Virus record (IMG/VR): IMGVR_UViG_3300031519_000139
Span: 1 to 30,998 of that record
Direction: 5' to 3' (one strand)
Length of the DNA: 30,998 bases
From: a virus
Lineage: Duplodnaviria; Caudoviricetes
Position numbers and translations under genes: made by a program. Below, piece by piece: positions 9,507 to 19,202 of this stretch (position 1 is the first letter of the stretch; the number at the start of each line of letters is the position of its first letter). The notes under the pieces are model-generated. The model saw nothing but the letters and a program-made list of their open reading frames with translations. It was not told where the DNA came from and made no database searches.

Positions 9507-9877
9507 GCAGGCCGTCTAACTAATTGTATAGTTCTTCTTTTCACTCTCTTCTTTGAAATTTCAGAAAGTTTAACAGTTGGTCCGTGTATTATTTCAACAT
9601 CCTTAGAATTTAAAGTAACTAGAGTTGAACGGAAATAACGAAAGTCGCCTTTGAGGAATATGTTAATTGGTAGTTTTCTATTAGATTCATGCCACCAAAT
9701 TTCTCCAGATTTCAAAAACTTCATCTTGTCCTGGGGCATCATCAATCTACCGTAGTCGTAAAAGCTGATAACGTTGAGATCTTCATTCTGCACTATACCT
9801 ACGTATTCAAGGTCTCCCTTTCGTATAAGGCTTAAAAATGGGAACTTGTCTCTTAACGTGTTAAAAATTTCATTCAT
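9503..9877 (-). CDS. Hypothetical protein
   Basis: 124-aa ORF with normal composition (EYVGIVQN, WWHESNRKLPINIFL). Confidence 0.75.
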   Translation of the reverse strand: MNEIFNTLRDKFPFLSLIRKGDLEYVGIVQNEDLNVISFYDYGRLMMPQDKMKFLKSGEIWWHESNRKLPINIFLKGDFRYFRSTLVTLNSKDVEIIHGPTVKLSEISKKRVKRRTIQLVRRPA

Positions 9878-9885
9878 GTTCTATC

Positions 9886-9903
9886 TATAAATACTGTTAA
9901 ATA
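9886..9903 (+). promoter_or_regulatory. Late-type promoter: TATAAATA plus a second TAAATA 6 nt before ATG 9910
   Basis: Exact T4 late consensus TATAAATA at 9886-9893; TAAATA at 9898-9903. Confidence 0.55.
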
Positions 9904-9909
9904 TGTATT

Positions 9910-10716
9910 ATGCAAACAGTACAAAGGTATTTAATAAACAACTTGGTAATCGCCTACATAAGTGGTTATCACGGAAGGAACTCAAAAGTGTACGATAGAC
10001 GTTTAACGCTTCATAGGGGAGTATCAAATCCCATATCATTCACGTTCAAGAATGAGGATCAGAAGGCACAAGACATCACAACAAAGACCTACGAATTAAA
10101 CGTTATTGACACTGAAAGTAAAAAATCAGTTATCACAAAAACACTAACAATATTAGATGATGGATCTACAGTTAGCACAAAGGGTGATGCCAGCTGTACA
10201 ATCACAGAGGGTGATTTATTACCGCTGGATGCAAAATTTTACAACTTCGCAGTGCGTGAAGTTAAATCAGATGGTAGCAGAGAAGTTACCTATGCTAATA
10301 CAGGATATGCGGCCGCTGGCTCGATAGAATTGCTAGAAGGTGCCTATCCGGAATTTACAGCAAGTACAACTATAACAAGTTTCACAGAAACAAATGGACC
10401 ACTAGCAAAAACTTCAGGGGCTCAAGGTGCCAAACCTGGTATAAACAACAACAAGGCATTACACACGATTGCAGTTTATACTAAAGACTTCACAGGTAGT
10501 CTGAGAGTGCAGGGAACAATGTCAACAACTCCAACATCTGCTTCTGATTATTTTGATATCACCATGAACGGAGAAGCTTCTGCAACAAATACATTTACCA
10601 ATTCAACTGCTGTTACCACTTTCAACTTCACAGGTGTCTATCAAAATGTAAGATTCTCATGGGATAATGATTCAGATAATACCGGCCTAGTTGACAAAAT
10701 CCTATATAGACAGTAA
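9910..10716 (+). CDS. Probable virion structural protein
   Basis: Thr/Ser/Gly-rich, beta-sandwich-like composition; late-type promoter. Confidence 0.5.
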   Translation: MQTVQRYLINNLVIAYISGYHGRNSKVYDRRLTLHRGVSNPISFTFKNEDQKAQDITTKTYELNVIDTESKKSVITKTLTILDDGSTVSTKGDASCTITEGDLLPLDAKFYNFAVREVKSDGSREVTYANTGYAAAGSIELLEGAYPEFTASTTITSFTETNGPLAKTSGAQGAKPGINNNKALHTIAVYTKDFTGSLRVQGTMSTTPTSASDYFDITMNGEASATNTFTNSTAVTTFNFTGVYQNVRFSWDNDSDNTGLVDKILYRQ

Positions 10717-10719
10717 AAT
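10691..10719 (+). promoter_or_regulatory. Sigma70-like promoter giving a leaderless primase mRNA
   Basis: TTGACA-N17-TAAAAT, with ATG 7 nt downstream. Confidence 0.7.
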
Positions 10720-10726
10720 ATAGTTA

Positions 10727-11740
10727 ATGAATTTGATACAGAATACAATTCTGACTTCGCTACCTGCAGGTCGAAAGAAAACTCCCAGTGGTTGGATAAG
10801 CTTCAATGCACCCTGTTGTGTACACAACGGAGAGTCAGCTGACAAGAAGAAACGTGGCGGTATAATGACCAGTGCTGATGGCACAATATCTTTTCATTGT
10901 TTCAACTGTGGATTCAAAGCGAACTATGTCACAGGGCGTAAGCTGAACCAGAAGATGCGGACGTTCATGGGTTACATAGGGATAGCAGACGACACCATAA
11001 GGAAGATGGCCATAGAAGCCATGCGTGAAGAAGAAGGCGATGTAAAATATGAGAAGAAGAAGTTTGTAACATTTAAAAAAAGAGACTTACCAATAGCAAG
11101 TAGACCATTAGAATACTGGTTGGAGAGGATGTTGGAAGAAGTTTTGAAACCAGAAGAATCAAAATCCATAGACACACTATTAAAATATCTCGAGAGCAGA
11201 GGCATAGGACCAGACTGGTACGACTTCATGTATTCCACAAACAAGAGTTGGGACGTGGATAAAAGATTACTGATACCGTTCTACTGGAGAGGAGACATAG
11301 TGGGATTCTCGGGAAGGATGTTTGAACAATCCACCAAGGTCAAATACTACACAGACGTACAGCCCGGCTATGTGTTTAACATGGATGCACAGGATTGGTC
11401 AAGAAAGTTTGTACTGGTAACAGAAGGACCATTTGATGCAATTACCGTTTCTGGCGTAAGCATACTGGGATCGGAGATAAATGATACACAGCGAGAGCTG
11501 ATAGAAGGCCTGGGTAGACAGATAATTGTAGTACCAGACAGAGATGCCCCGGGAGAGAAATTAATTAACCAAGCAACGGAATTTGGATGGAGTGTTGCAT
11601 TTCCAGAATGGGAAGATGGAGTTGACGATGTGGCCGATGCTGTGTTAAAATACGGTAGACTGTTTACTATACAATCGATATTAAAAACAACAGAGAGAAG
11701 TAAACTAAAAATAGATTTGAAGAGAAAAATGTATGGCTGA
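10727..11740 (+). CDS. DNA primase (T4 gp61/DnaG-like)
   Basis: Zn-binding CCVH...HCFNC, YLESRGI, TOPRIM VTEGPFDA and PDRD motifs. Confidence 0.9.
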   Translation: MNLIQNTILTSLPAGRKKTPSGWISFNAPCCVHNGESADKKKRGGIMTSADGTISFHCFNCGFKANYVTGRKLNQKMRTFMGYIGIADDTIRKMAIEAMREEEGDVKYEKKKFVTFKKRDLPIASRPLEYWLERMLEEVLKPEESKSIDTLLKYLESRGIGPDWYDFMYSTNKSWDVDKRLLIPFYWRGDIVGFSGRMFEQSTKVKYYTDVQPGYVFNMDAQDWSRKFVLVTEGPFDAITVSGVSILGSEINDTQRELIEGLGRQIIVVPDRDAPGEKLINQATEFGWSVAFPEWEDGVDDVADAVLKYGRLFTIQSILKTTERSKLKIDLKRKMYG

Positions 11741-13208
11741 TTACAATAACAACGAACCACAACACCAGGCTAAGAATTATTCATTTGATGTACAGAAATT
11801 GTATATCGAAATGTTATTAGCAGATGCTGAATCATTTGCTAGGGCACAGAACATATTCAAACCCGAATCGTTTGATCGTAAGTTGCAACCTATTGCAAAA
11901 TTTATCAAAGACTACATGGAAGAATACAAAGTGATGCCGGAGGTTGAACAGGTCAATGCATCACATGAAATACAGTTAAAACAAGCAAAGGATCTAGACC
12001 CGGCACACTTCAACTGGTTGCTAGACGAGTTTGAAACATTCTCTAGACACAAGGCACTGGAGCAGGCAATACTCTCGTCGGCTGATCTTTTAGAGAAGGG
12101 TGACTACGGTCCGGTCGAGGACATGGTCAAGGAAGCTGTCAGTGTGGGACTTACAAGAGATCTTGGTACTGACTACTTTGAAGATCCAAAGGGAAGACTA
12201 CAAGCACTCAAAGACAACAATGGACAGATAAGCACAGGGTGGGCGAGCCTTGATAAGAAACTGTTTGGAGGATTCAACAGAGGAGAGTTGAACATCTTTG
12301 CAGGAGGTTCAGGAGCAGGCAAAAGTTTGTTCTTGCAGAATCTTGCAGTCAACTGGGCAACAGCCGGACTTAATGTTTGTTACATCTCTTTTGAATTATC
12401 AGAAGCACTAACGGCAATGAGGCTAGATGCTATGATGACTAACATTCCAACAAGATCAGTAATGAAGCAACTAGATGATGTTGAAATAAAAGTTAGAATG
12501 TTGGCTAAAAAGTCAGGTAACTTGCAGATCAAGTACTTGCCAAGTGGTAGTAATGTGCTAGACATAAGAACGTATCTCAAAGAACTAGAATTAAAATCAA
12601 AGAAGAAAGTAGACTGCATACTGATTGACTATTTGGATTTGATGATGCCAAAAAGCAAACGTATATCACCTGCAGACTTGTTCATTAAAGACAAGTATGT
12701 GTCGGAAGAATTGAGAAACTTGGTTGTTGAGAAACAATGTGTGTTGGCCACAGCATCACAGTTGAACAGGGCATCGGTCGAAGAAATAGAGTTTGATCAC
12801 TCTCACATCTCAGGTGGACTATCTAAAATTCAAACAGCAGATAATGTAATAGGTATCTTTACAAGTAGAGCAATGAAAGAGCGTGGCAGATATCAAATAC
12901 AGTTCATGAAGACCAGATCAAGTTCGGGTGTTGGACAAAAAGTAGACTTAGAATTCAATGTAGATAGTTTGAGGATCAGCAGTCTAGACGAAGAAGAATC
13001 ACAAAGTTATAATCAACAAGGTCAAAATAAAATATATGACTCCCTAAAACAAACATCTAAAGTTTCAGGTAGCACACCAAACGATGCAAGACCAAATATA
13101 CCAGATCCTCGTAAAGGGGATAACTTAGGAGTCAAAGTGAAAGCTAATGTCGAAGGTGGTAAACTTAGACAACTTTTAAATGAACTACACTCTGACGAAG
13201 AACAATAA
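11733..13208 (+). CDS. Replicative DNA helicase (DnaB/gp41-like)
   Basis: ISTGW..LD, Walker A GGSGAGKS, SFEL, LIDYLDL and TASQLNR motifs; adjacent to primase. Confidence 0.92.
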   Translation: MADYNNNEPQHQAKNYSFDVQKLYIEMLLADAESFARAQNIFKPESFDRKLQPIAKFIKDYMEEYKVMPEVEQVNASHEIQLKQAKDLDPAHFNWLLDEFETFSRHKALEQAILSSADLLEKGDYGPVEDMVKEAVSVGLTRDLGTDYFEDPKGRLQALKDNNGQISTGWASLDKKLFGGFNRGELNIFAGGSGAGKSLFLQNLAVNWATAGLNVCYISFELSEALTAMRLDAMMTNIPTRSVMKQLDDVEIKVRMLAKKSGNLQIKYLPSGSNVLDIRTYLKELELKSKKKVDCILIDYLDLMMPKSKRISPADLFIKDKYVSEELRNLVVEKQCVLATASQLNRASVEEIEFDHSHISGGLSKIQTADNVIGIFTSRAMKERGRYQIQFMKTRSSSGVGQKVDLEFNVDSLRISSLDEEESQSYNQQGQNKIYDSLKQTSKVSGSTPNDARPNIPDPRKGDNLGVKVKANVEGGKLRQLLNELHSDEEQ

Positions 13209-13210
13209 TA

Positions 13211-14521
13211 ATGTCTAAAAAAACTGTAGTGTTTGTTCCTGCAAAAGGTACTAGCGAACGTATACAAAATAAGAATTTAACAATCATTGACGGCGAGTTT
13301 CTATTTAAAAGGAAGATATTACAACTTCTTAAATGTAAAGAAATAGACGAAGTATGGATAGACAGTGAAAGTCAAACAGTCCACGCCCTTGTAAATGATC
13401 TTCCTGTAAAGCACCTTTATCGCGATAAGGCTTTGGCCAATAACAACACAGACGGACATGCCATGTTTGCTAATCAAACTAAAAATACAGACGCTGATAT
13501 TGTTGTACAAGTACTTTGCACTGCACCTTTTATTGATGCTGTAGTAATTGACGAAGCACTAAAGAAATTTAAACAGTCTGACCATACTAGTTTGGTTGCT
13601 GTAACTAGAAATAGATTTTACGAGTGGAAAGACGGGCAACCGCTATACGGAGATAGCATACCTAATAGTGTAGACTTGCCGGAGCGGGTACTAGAATCAA
13701 TGAGTTTCTATGCTGTCAAGACAAACGGAGTTCCAACAAATAAAAGGTATACTGACAATGTAATGCTGTATGATCTTGATCCATTACAGAGTTTAGACAT
13801 AGACAACCCCGAAGATCTCGAATTAGCTAAGATTATCTGTGCAGGACAACGTAGTTTAAAAACACAACAAATGAAAATGATATCCCACATATTATCTAGT
13901 TGTTTGTTGAGTGATATCTGTAAAGAGAATAATATAAAACATTTCTTAAGCAACACTATAAGATCGTTGACCGGTGGCAAGTTTTTAGGATTTGCAAAAA
14001 CGTTAAAACTAAAAACACTCGAGCTGGAAGACAAGGATCCTGAGAAGGACAAATGGACTGGCATATTTGGAGCCCTAAAAAGCTATGAGTTTGTAGAGCC
14101 GGGAGATGTTATTGTGGTATCTACCGATGTGCCTGATAAAGCATACTTTGGAGATCTCAATGCCACGTTTGCCATGAGGAGGGGTGCTGTAGGAGTTGTG
14201 ATTGATGGACACACACGTGATGTTGACCGAGTGTCTAACATGGGTCTTCCTGTGTTCGCACACGGCAGTAGAGCTGATGATATACGATACGAAGGCACAC
14301 TGGAAACAATGAACTTGCCCGTGACCATTAACGGTGTTGTTGTAAGAAACAATGATATCATATTTGCAGATAGTGATGGGGTTATATGTATACCGCAGGA
14401 ACACTGGGAGACAATATTAAACAAGGCCAAGGAGAGTATCAAGAAAGAAACCTCAGTGAAACTAGAAGCAACTTTTGGTGCAGATCCGTTTGACGTGTTA
14501 AAAAACACAGGAACATTTTAA
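13211..14521 (+). CDS. Fusion of acylneuraminate-type cytidylyltransferase and RraA/HMG-aldolase-like domain
   Basis: N-terminal VPAKGTSERIQNKN, CTAPF and LDIDNPEDL; C-terminal AYFGDL...RGAVGVVIDGHTRD and DIIFADSDGV. Confidence 0.85.
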   Translation: MSKKTVVFVPAKGTSERIQNKNLTIIDGEFLFKRKILQLLKCKEIDEVWIDSESQTVHALVNDLPVKHLYRDKALANNNTDGHAMFANQTKNTDADIVVQVLCTAPFIDAVVIDEALKKFKQSDHTSLVAVTRNRFYEWKDGQPLYGDSIPNSVDLPERVLESMSFYAVKTNGVPTNKRYTDNVMLYDLDPLQSLDIDNPEDLELAKIICAGQRSLKTQQMKMISHILSSCLLSDICKENNIKHFLSNTIRSLTGGKFLGFAKTLKLKTLELEDKDPEKDKWTGIFGALKSYEFVEPGDVIVVSTDVPDKAYFGDLNATFAMRRGAVGVVIDGHTRDVDRVSNMGLPVFAHGSRADDIRYEGTLETMNLPVTINGVVVRNNDIIFADSDGVICIPQEHWETILNKAKESIKKETSVKLEATFGADPFDVLKNTGTF

Positions 14522-14522
14522 A

Positions 14523-15209
14523 ATGGATTGGAAGCCTTTTGAAAACAAACACCAAGGAGAACGTTGTTTTATTCTAGGAAATGCCCCGAGTCTCTCAGAC
14601 GAGAATCTATCATTATTAAAAAATGAAAAAGTTTTTATATGCAACAGGGGACATAAAGCAAAAGATATAGGACTGGATCATTTTGATTATCATGTTGTGT
14701 TAGATCTATTATTTTATGAGGATTATGCCAAGGAATTATACGAAGTATCAGAAGGAATAAAATTCTATCCGGAGATTGTGAAAGAATATAATTTTTACAG
14801 AGGTGAGGAGTTCGTACCGATCTACTCTCTACCTACGCACAGACAAACAGGAGCACAAAAAATACAGTTACTAAACCCTAACACTTTTCCAGTTTCCTAT
14901 ACCGACGGATGGGGTAAGACTGGCAACACTGTACTCACTTCTAGTTTGATTGCCTACTTTATGGGATTCAAGGAAATATACATCCTGGGTACGGAATGGA
15001 TCTATCGGAAAAATTCAACACATTTCTACAATGACACCAGTAAAAGAGAAAACAATGTGCCGGATGGCCACATGACCAAAGGTTTTAAATATCTCCCGGC
15101 TTTTGTGAGCTTCTTCAAAAAAAATAATATTAAATTTGTAAATCTCTCAAAAAAGTTTGAATACAAACACATGATGTCGATCGATAGTTTAGAACAAATC
15201 TTAAAATAA
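14523..15209 (+). CDS. Maf/DUF115-like (sialyltransferase-fold) protein
   Basis: KHQGERCFILGNAPSL, FICN, AYFMGFKEIYILG and HFY motifs. Confidence 0.7.
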   Translation: MDWKPFENKHQGERCFILGNAPSLSDENLSLLKNEKVFICNRGHKAKDIGLDHFDYHVVLDLLFYEDYAKELYEVSEGIKFYPEIVKEYNFYRGEEFVPIYSLPTHRQTGAQKIQLLNPNTFPVSYTDGWGKTGNTVLTSSLIAYFMGFKEIYILGTEWIYRKNSTHFYNDTSKRENNVPDGHMTKGFKYLPAFVSFFKKNNIKFVNLSKKFEYKHMMSIDSLEQILK

Positions 15210-15217
15210 GTAGTGTT

Positions 15218-15811
15218 ATGATATCGGAAAAATTTACACGGTTAGACTCGGAGACTGTTTCTAAAATAAGCGACGTGTGTAAACACACCTATCAAAAATG
15301 CAAACCTTATTTTAAACACACAAGGATTGCACTAGATGTTGGATCCAAGGCTGGTCATTTTGCAAAACATATGTGTAATGACTTTGATTATGTACACATG
15401 TTTGATATGCGTCCCAAGATGAAATGGAGGAACGTTAACAAAACAAAAGCCAAACTACACATATGTGCATTAGGCAACAGGATTGGAGAAATACAACACA
15501 CCGGGCCGTGGACTAACACGAAAGTTAAAAATTTAGAATCTACCCACTCTCCTGTAAAAACTATAGACAGTTTCCAATTTGAGAATGTGGATTTTATTAA
15601 GATAGATGTAGAAGGCGATGAACAGGCCGTACTAGAAGGTGCTATCAACACATTAGCTACTTGTAAACCTGTGATAGTACTTGAACAGAATCACACAACC
15701 GAACAGTACGGCAAAGGAAAGTATGGCGATGCAGTTCGATGGTTAGAAGGAAAAAATTATCAGATCGTGGACTATGACGGAATGGATGATTGGATCATGA
15801 TTCATGTTTAA
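15218..15811 (+). CDS. FkbM-family SAM-dependent methyltransferase
   Basis: ALDVGSKAG, VDFIKIDVEGDEQAVLEGA and KPVIVLE motifs. Confidence 0.85.
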   Translation: MISEKFTRLDSETVSKISDVCKHTYQKCKPYFKHTRIALDVGSKAGHFAKHMCNDFDYVHMFDMRPKMKWRNVNKTKAKLHICALGNRIGEIQHTGPWTNTKVKNLESTHSPVKTIDSFQFENVDFIKIDVEGDEQAVLEGAINTLATCKPVIVLEQNHTTEQYGKGKYGDAVRWLEGKNYQIVDYDGMDDWIMIHV

Positions 15812-16796
15812 TCTATCTTTACCCACTCCTGTGGAATTGGCCTTTGAGCCTGTGAACTTATGTAACGCAAAATGTTTTTGTTGCCCATACACTATACTTG
15901 AGAAAGACAAAGAGTATAGGGGTAAACGTATGTCGGAGGAAAAAATTACAACCTTGATTACACAATTCGCTGAGGGTATTAAAAAATTTAAAGTATCAAA
16001 TTTACAAGCATCGGTTCAACCATGGAGATATTCAGATCCCCTTGTGTGCAAAGATCTAGAGCTAATATTTGAGCTGTGCCGACAGCATAACTTAAGGATA
16101 CAATTGACAACGAATGCAGTCAGTTTCAGCGAGAAGAAATGTGATCTCATAATGAAGTATATCGAAAACATAGGTTCGATACACATTTCCATAATAGGAT
16201 TTAACCAACAAGAGATCAGAGAGTACATGGATCTAGACTGGGGAATGACCAAAGCAAGATTAATAATGGTACGAGACAAGTACCCTGAAATCAGTGAGAA
16301 AATGGTGATAGGAATAAAAAGTAAAGAGCAAAATCCAGATAAGAGTTCTACTCCGCCTATAAGAATGTATTTAAGAGTGAACCCGCTAACATTAGGACTA
16401 GTAAAGATAAAAAAAAACTGGTTAGAGAATCGATTAGCGTACAACAAGTTCACAGACGATGACCTTGACTTTAAGATATCAGAGAAGAAATTTGTAAAAG
16501 GATGTTCTATGGGCCTAGGTAAGATATTACGTAGGCTTGAGATAATGGTAGACGGCACAGCAGTACTATGTTGTGATGATGCAACAGCACAAACTAATTT
16601 TGGCAATGTATTTGACCTCGGTGTCGCAGGAGTATGGGAGAACCTTAAGGGTTATCATGAAGTAGTGTACAGCAAAAAGTTCAGCGAAAAGAAAAAAAAC
16701 ATGATATGTAATACTTGCAGTAGAGCAAGATTTGATTGGAGCCGCAAACTAGATCTAGGTATCAGACAACAAAACAACAAATATATCCAAAGTTAA
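15804..16796 (+). CDS. Radical SAM protein with C-terminal SPASM/twitch domain
   Basis: CNAKCFCC (CxxxCxxC); C-terminal C...DGTAVLCCDD...FGNV...CNTC. Confidence 0.85.
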   Translation: MFNLSLPTPVELAFEPVNLCNAKCFCCPYTILEKDKEYRGKRMSEEKITTLITQFAEGIKKFKVSNLQASVQPWRYSDPLVCKDLELIFELCRQHNLRIQLTTNAVSFSEKKCDLIMKYIENIGSIHISIIGFNQQEIREYMDLDWGMTKARLIMVRDKYPEISEKMVIGIKSKEQNPDKSSTPPIRMYLRVNPLTLGLVKIKKNWLENRLAYNKFTDDDLDFKISEKKFVKGCSMGLGKILRRLEIMVDGTAVLCCDDATAQTNFGNVFDLGVAGVWENLKGYHEVVYSKKFSEKKKNMICNTCSRARFDWSRKLDLGIRQQNNKYIQS

Positions 16797-16859
16797 AGCA
16801 TCTGTTAATTACGGTAAACATTTTCCTGACAAGCTAACAGAATTAAATAAGCGTATATT

Positions 16860-17303
16860 ATGATCTTTATAGCACACAGAGGCAACATAAATGGTAGACA
16901 ACCTGAAAGGGAAAACACAGTTGCATACATAGAGGAAGCACTTAAAAAAGGATATCCTTGTGAAATAGATGTCTGTAAATGGGATGGTGAGAAATTTTGG
17001 TTAGGCCATGACGAACCAACAGAAGCGGTTGATCGTGAATGGTTGAAAGATAACGACCTATGGTGCCATGCTAAAAACTACAACGCACTAGAGGCCATGA
17101 TGGCTATGGGCATACATTGTTTTTTCCACCAAGAAGATGATTACACGTTGACTTCTTATGGATACATGTGGGCATACCCGGGAAAAAAGGGCGGAGTGAA
17201 GACTATCGCTGTACATCCGGAAAAATTATTTCTATCAGACGTAAAAAAATTTGCAGGCATCTGCGGAGACGACATAGAAAAATACAAGGAAGAAATAAAA
17301 TGA
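16860..17303 (+). CDS. Glycerophosphodiester phosphodiesterase (PLC-like) family protein
   Basis: IAHRGN...ENT...EIDV...LGHD motifs. Confidence 0.75.
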   Translation: MIFIAHRGNINGRQPERENTVAYIEEALKKGYPCEIDVCKWDGEKFWLGHDEPTEAVDREWLKDNDLWCHAKNYNALEAMMAMGIHCFFHQEDDYTLTSYGYMWAYPGKKGGVKTIAVHPEKLFLSDVKKFAGICGDDIEKYKEEIK

Positions 17304-18013
17304 AAATAATAGTACCAATGGCAGGAGCAGGATCAAGATTTGACAAAGCAGGATACACATTTCCCAAACCTTTGATAGAAGTTCACGGGCAACCTATGAT
17401 AGCTAAAGTTGTAGAAAATTTAAATCTACGAGGCCAGTACATATTCCTTGTGCAAAAAGCACACTACGAAAAATATGACTTGCAAGGAATGTTGTCAATG
17501 ATTGCTCCTGGCTGTAACATTGTACAGATTGATGGGCTAACCGAAGGTGCGGCTTGTACTATCCTTAAAGCAAGAGAGTTCATAGACAACAACGAACCAC
17601 TAGTAATCTCTAATTCGGATCAATACATTGAATGGAACAGCCTCGAAACAATCAGTTCTTTTTCTCACGCAGAGTCAGATGGTGGTATATTAACTTTTAA
17701 TAGTGTACATCCTAAACATAGTTTTGCTCTAGTAGATGGCAATGGATGGGTTTCCAAAGTTGCTGAAAAGAATCCAATTTCAAACAATGCCACAGTAGGC
17801 ATATATCACTGGAAACGTGGCAGTGACTTTGTAAAATATGCTGATCAAATGATAAAGAAAGATATTAGAACTAACAACGAATTCTATGTTTGTCCTGTAT
17901 ACAATGAAGCAATACAAGATGGCAAAAAAATTAGGGCCAGCGTTGTTGATGAGATGTGGGGTATGGGGACACCAGAAGAACTCAATAATTTTTTAGCAAA
18001 CTACAAGAAGTAA
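17300..18013 (+). CDS. Sugar-phosphate nucleotidyltransferase (NTP transferase family)
   Basis: PMAGAGSRF...PKPLI, EK and GMGTPEEL motifs; start at the ATGA overlap (17300). Confidence 0.85.
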   Translation: MKIIVPMAGAGSRFDKAGYTFPKPLIEVHGQPMIAKVVENLNLRGQYIFLVQKAHYEKYDLQGMLSMIAPGCNIVQIDGLTEGAACTILKAREFIDNNEPLVISNSDQYIEWNSLETISSFSHAESDGGILTFNSVHPKHSFALVDGNGWVSKVAEKNPISNNATVGIYHWKRGSDFVKYADQMIKKDIRTNNEFYVCPVYNEAIQDGKKIRASVVDEMWGMGTPEELNNFLANYKK

Positions 18014-18014
18014 T

Positions 18015-19202
18015 ATGCTGTTCTATAATACAGATATAGATAGTAACAAGTATTTTGTTGCCACTTACGCAATGAAAAGCAGTGTCAATTTAAAAGAGGC
18101 CGCTTGGGCACTTGCAATCGGACAGAGTGTCGGGAACCCAAACATACGTAATGAATGGGAAACCAACGAGCTGTTTGAAAATCACAGTTGTGTTATTGTT
18201 AGCGATAAAGCAGAATTAGAATCACAATCAGAAGGACTTGTAAAAATTGCATTTCCTATAGTAAACACAGATTGGAAAACAGACGGTATAGCTCATATGC
18301 TTTGCCAGTTAATGGGTGGGCATGTTGATATTGCAATCATTACAAAATGTAGATTGGTTGGGTTGGACTTGCCTGAAACAGTTACTAAACATTTCCTAGG
18401 TCCCAAATTTGGGTTGACTGGTATGAGAGAACTTACAGGACAATATGGCAAGCCGTTACTTGGCGGTATTGTTAAACCTAAAATTGGAATCACTCCACCT
18501 ATTTTGCTTGAGATGGTCAAGCAAATGGTAGACGGGGGAGTTGATTTTATTAAAGAAGACGAAATCATGGGCAACCCTACCATCTGTCCACTCAATGAAC
18601 GTGTGGAATTAATCGCTAACTATCTTGCCAAACAAAGTCGTAAAATTGTATTCTGTCACACAATCAACTGCGATCCTCATGTACTAACAGATCGTGTGAA
18701 ACGTGTGCATGAACTAGGCGGGAACGGTGTACACATTAATGTGTACAGCGGGTATGGTTCTTACAACAGTATTAGAAAATTAGACTTGCCATTGTTTTTA
18801 CATTATCAGAGTAGTGGTGCAAAAGTTACAACAGATGTTAGTCATAGATTTAGTATCGGTTGGCCTGTGATGTGTCAACTTGCTACACTGATGGGTGCAG
18901 ATACTATTCAAACAGGAATGGTTTGTGGATATAGCAACGACGACCCGACAGAAGTGTTAAAGTGTTTAGAAATTTTGAGAGCCGGAAATACTGTTCCTGC
19001 ACTGAGCTGTGGATTTAATCCAGGACTTGTTGAGAAAGTTACTAGTGTTGCGGGTATAGATTATCTAGCAAATGCCGGCGGTGCAATTCACGGTCATCCA
19101 AGTGGCACTGTTGCCGGTGCCCGAGCTATGAGACAAGCAGTTGATAAAACACATGGTATAGAATACGAGCAGGCTATTGCTAAATGGGGCTTTGTAAAAT
19201 GA
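18015..19202 (+). CDS. RuBisCO-like protein (form IV, RLP)
   Basis: GPKFG..G.R, IVKPKIG, GGVDFIKEDE, PALSCG and NAGGAIHGHP.G..AGA.A.RQA; lacks the H294/K334 equivalents. Confidence 0.9.
   Translation: MLFYNTDIDSNKYFVATYAMKSSVNLKEAAWALAIGQSVGNPNIRNEWETNELFENHSCVIVSDKAELESQSEGLVKIAFPIVNTDWKTDGIAHMLCQLMGGHVDIAIITKCRLVGLDLPETVTKHFLGPKFGLTGMRELTGQYGKPLLGGIVKPKIGITPPILLEMVKQMVDGGVDFIKEDEIMGNPTICPLNERVELIANYLAKQSRKIVFCHTINCDPHVLTDRVKRVHELGGNGVHINVYSGYGSYNSIRKLDLPLFLHYQSSGAKVTTDVSHRFSIGWPVMCQLATLMGADTIQTGMVCGYSNDDPTEVLKCLEILRAGNTVPALSCGFNPGLVEKVTSVAGIDYLANAGGAIHGHPSGTVAGARAMRQAVDKTHGIEYEQAIAKWGFVK

Noticed and set aside
18015-19202. Bona fide CO2-fixing RuBisCO
   Set aside because: The H294, R295, H327 and K334 equivalents are substituted, and no small subunit or phosphoribulokinase is in the window.
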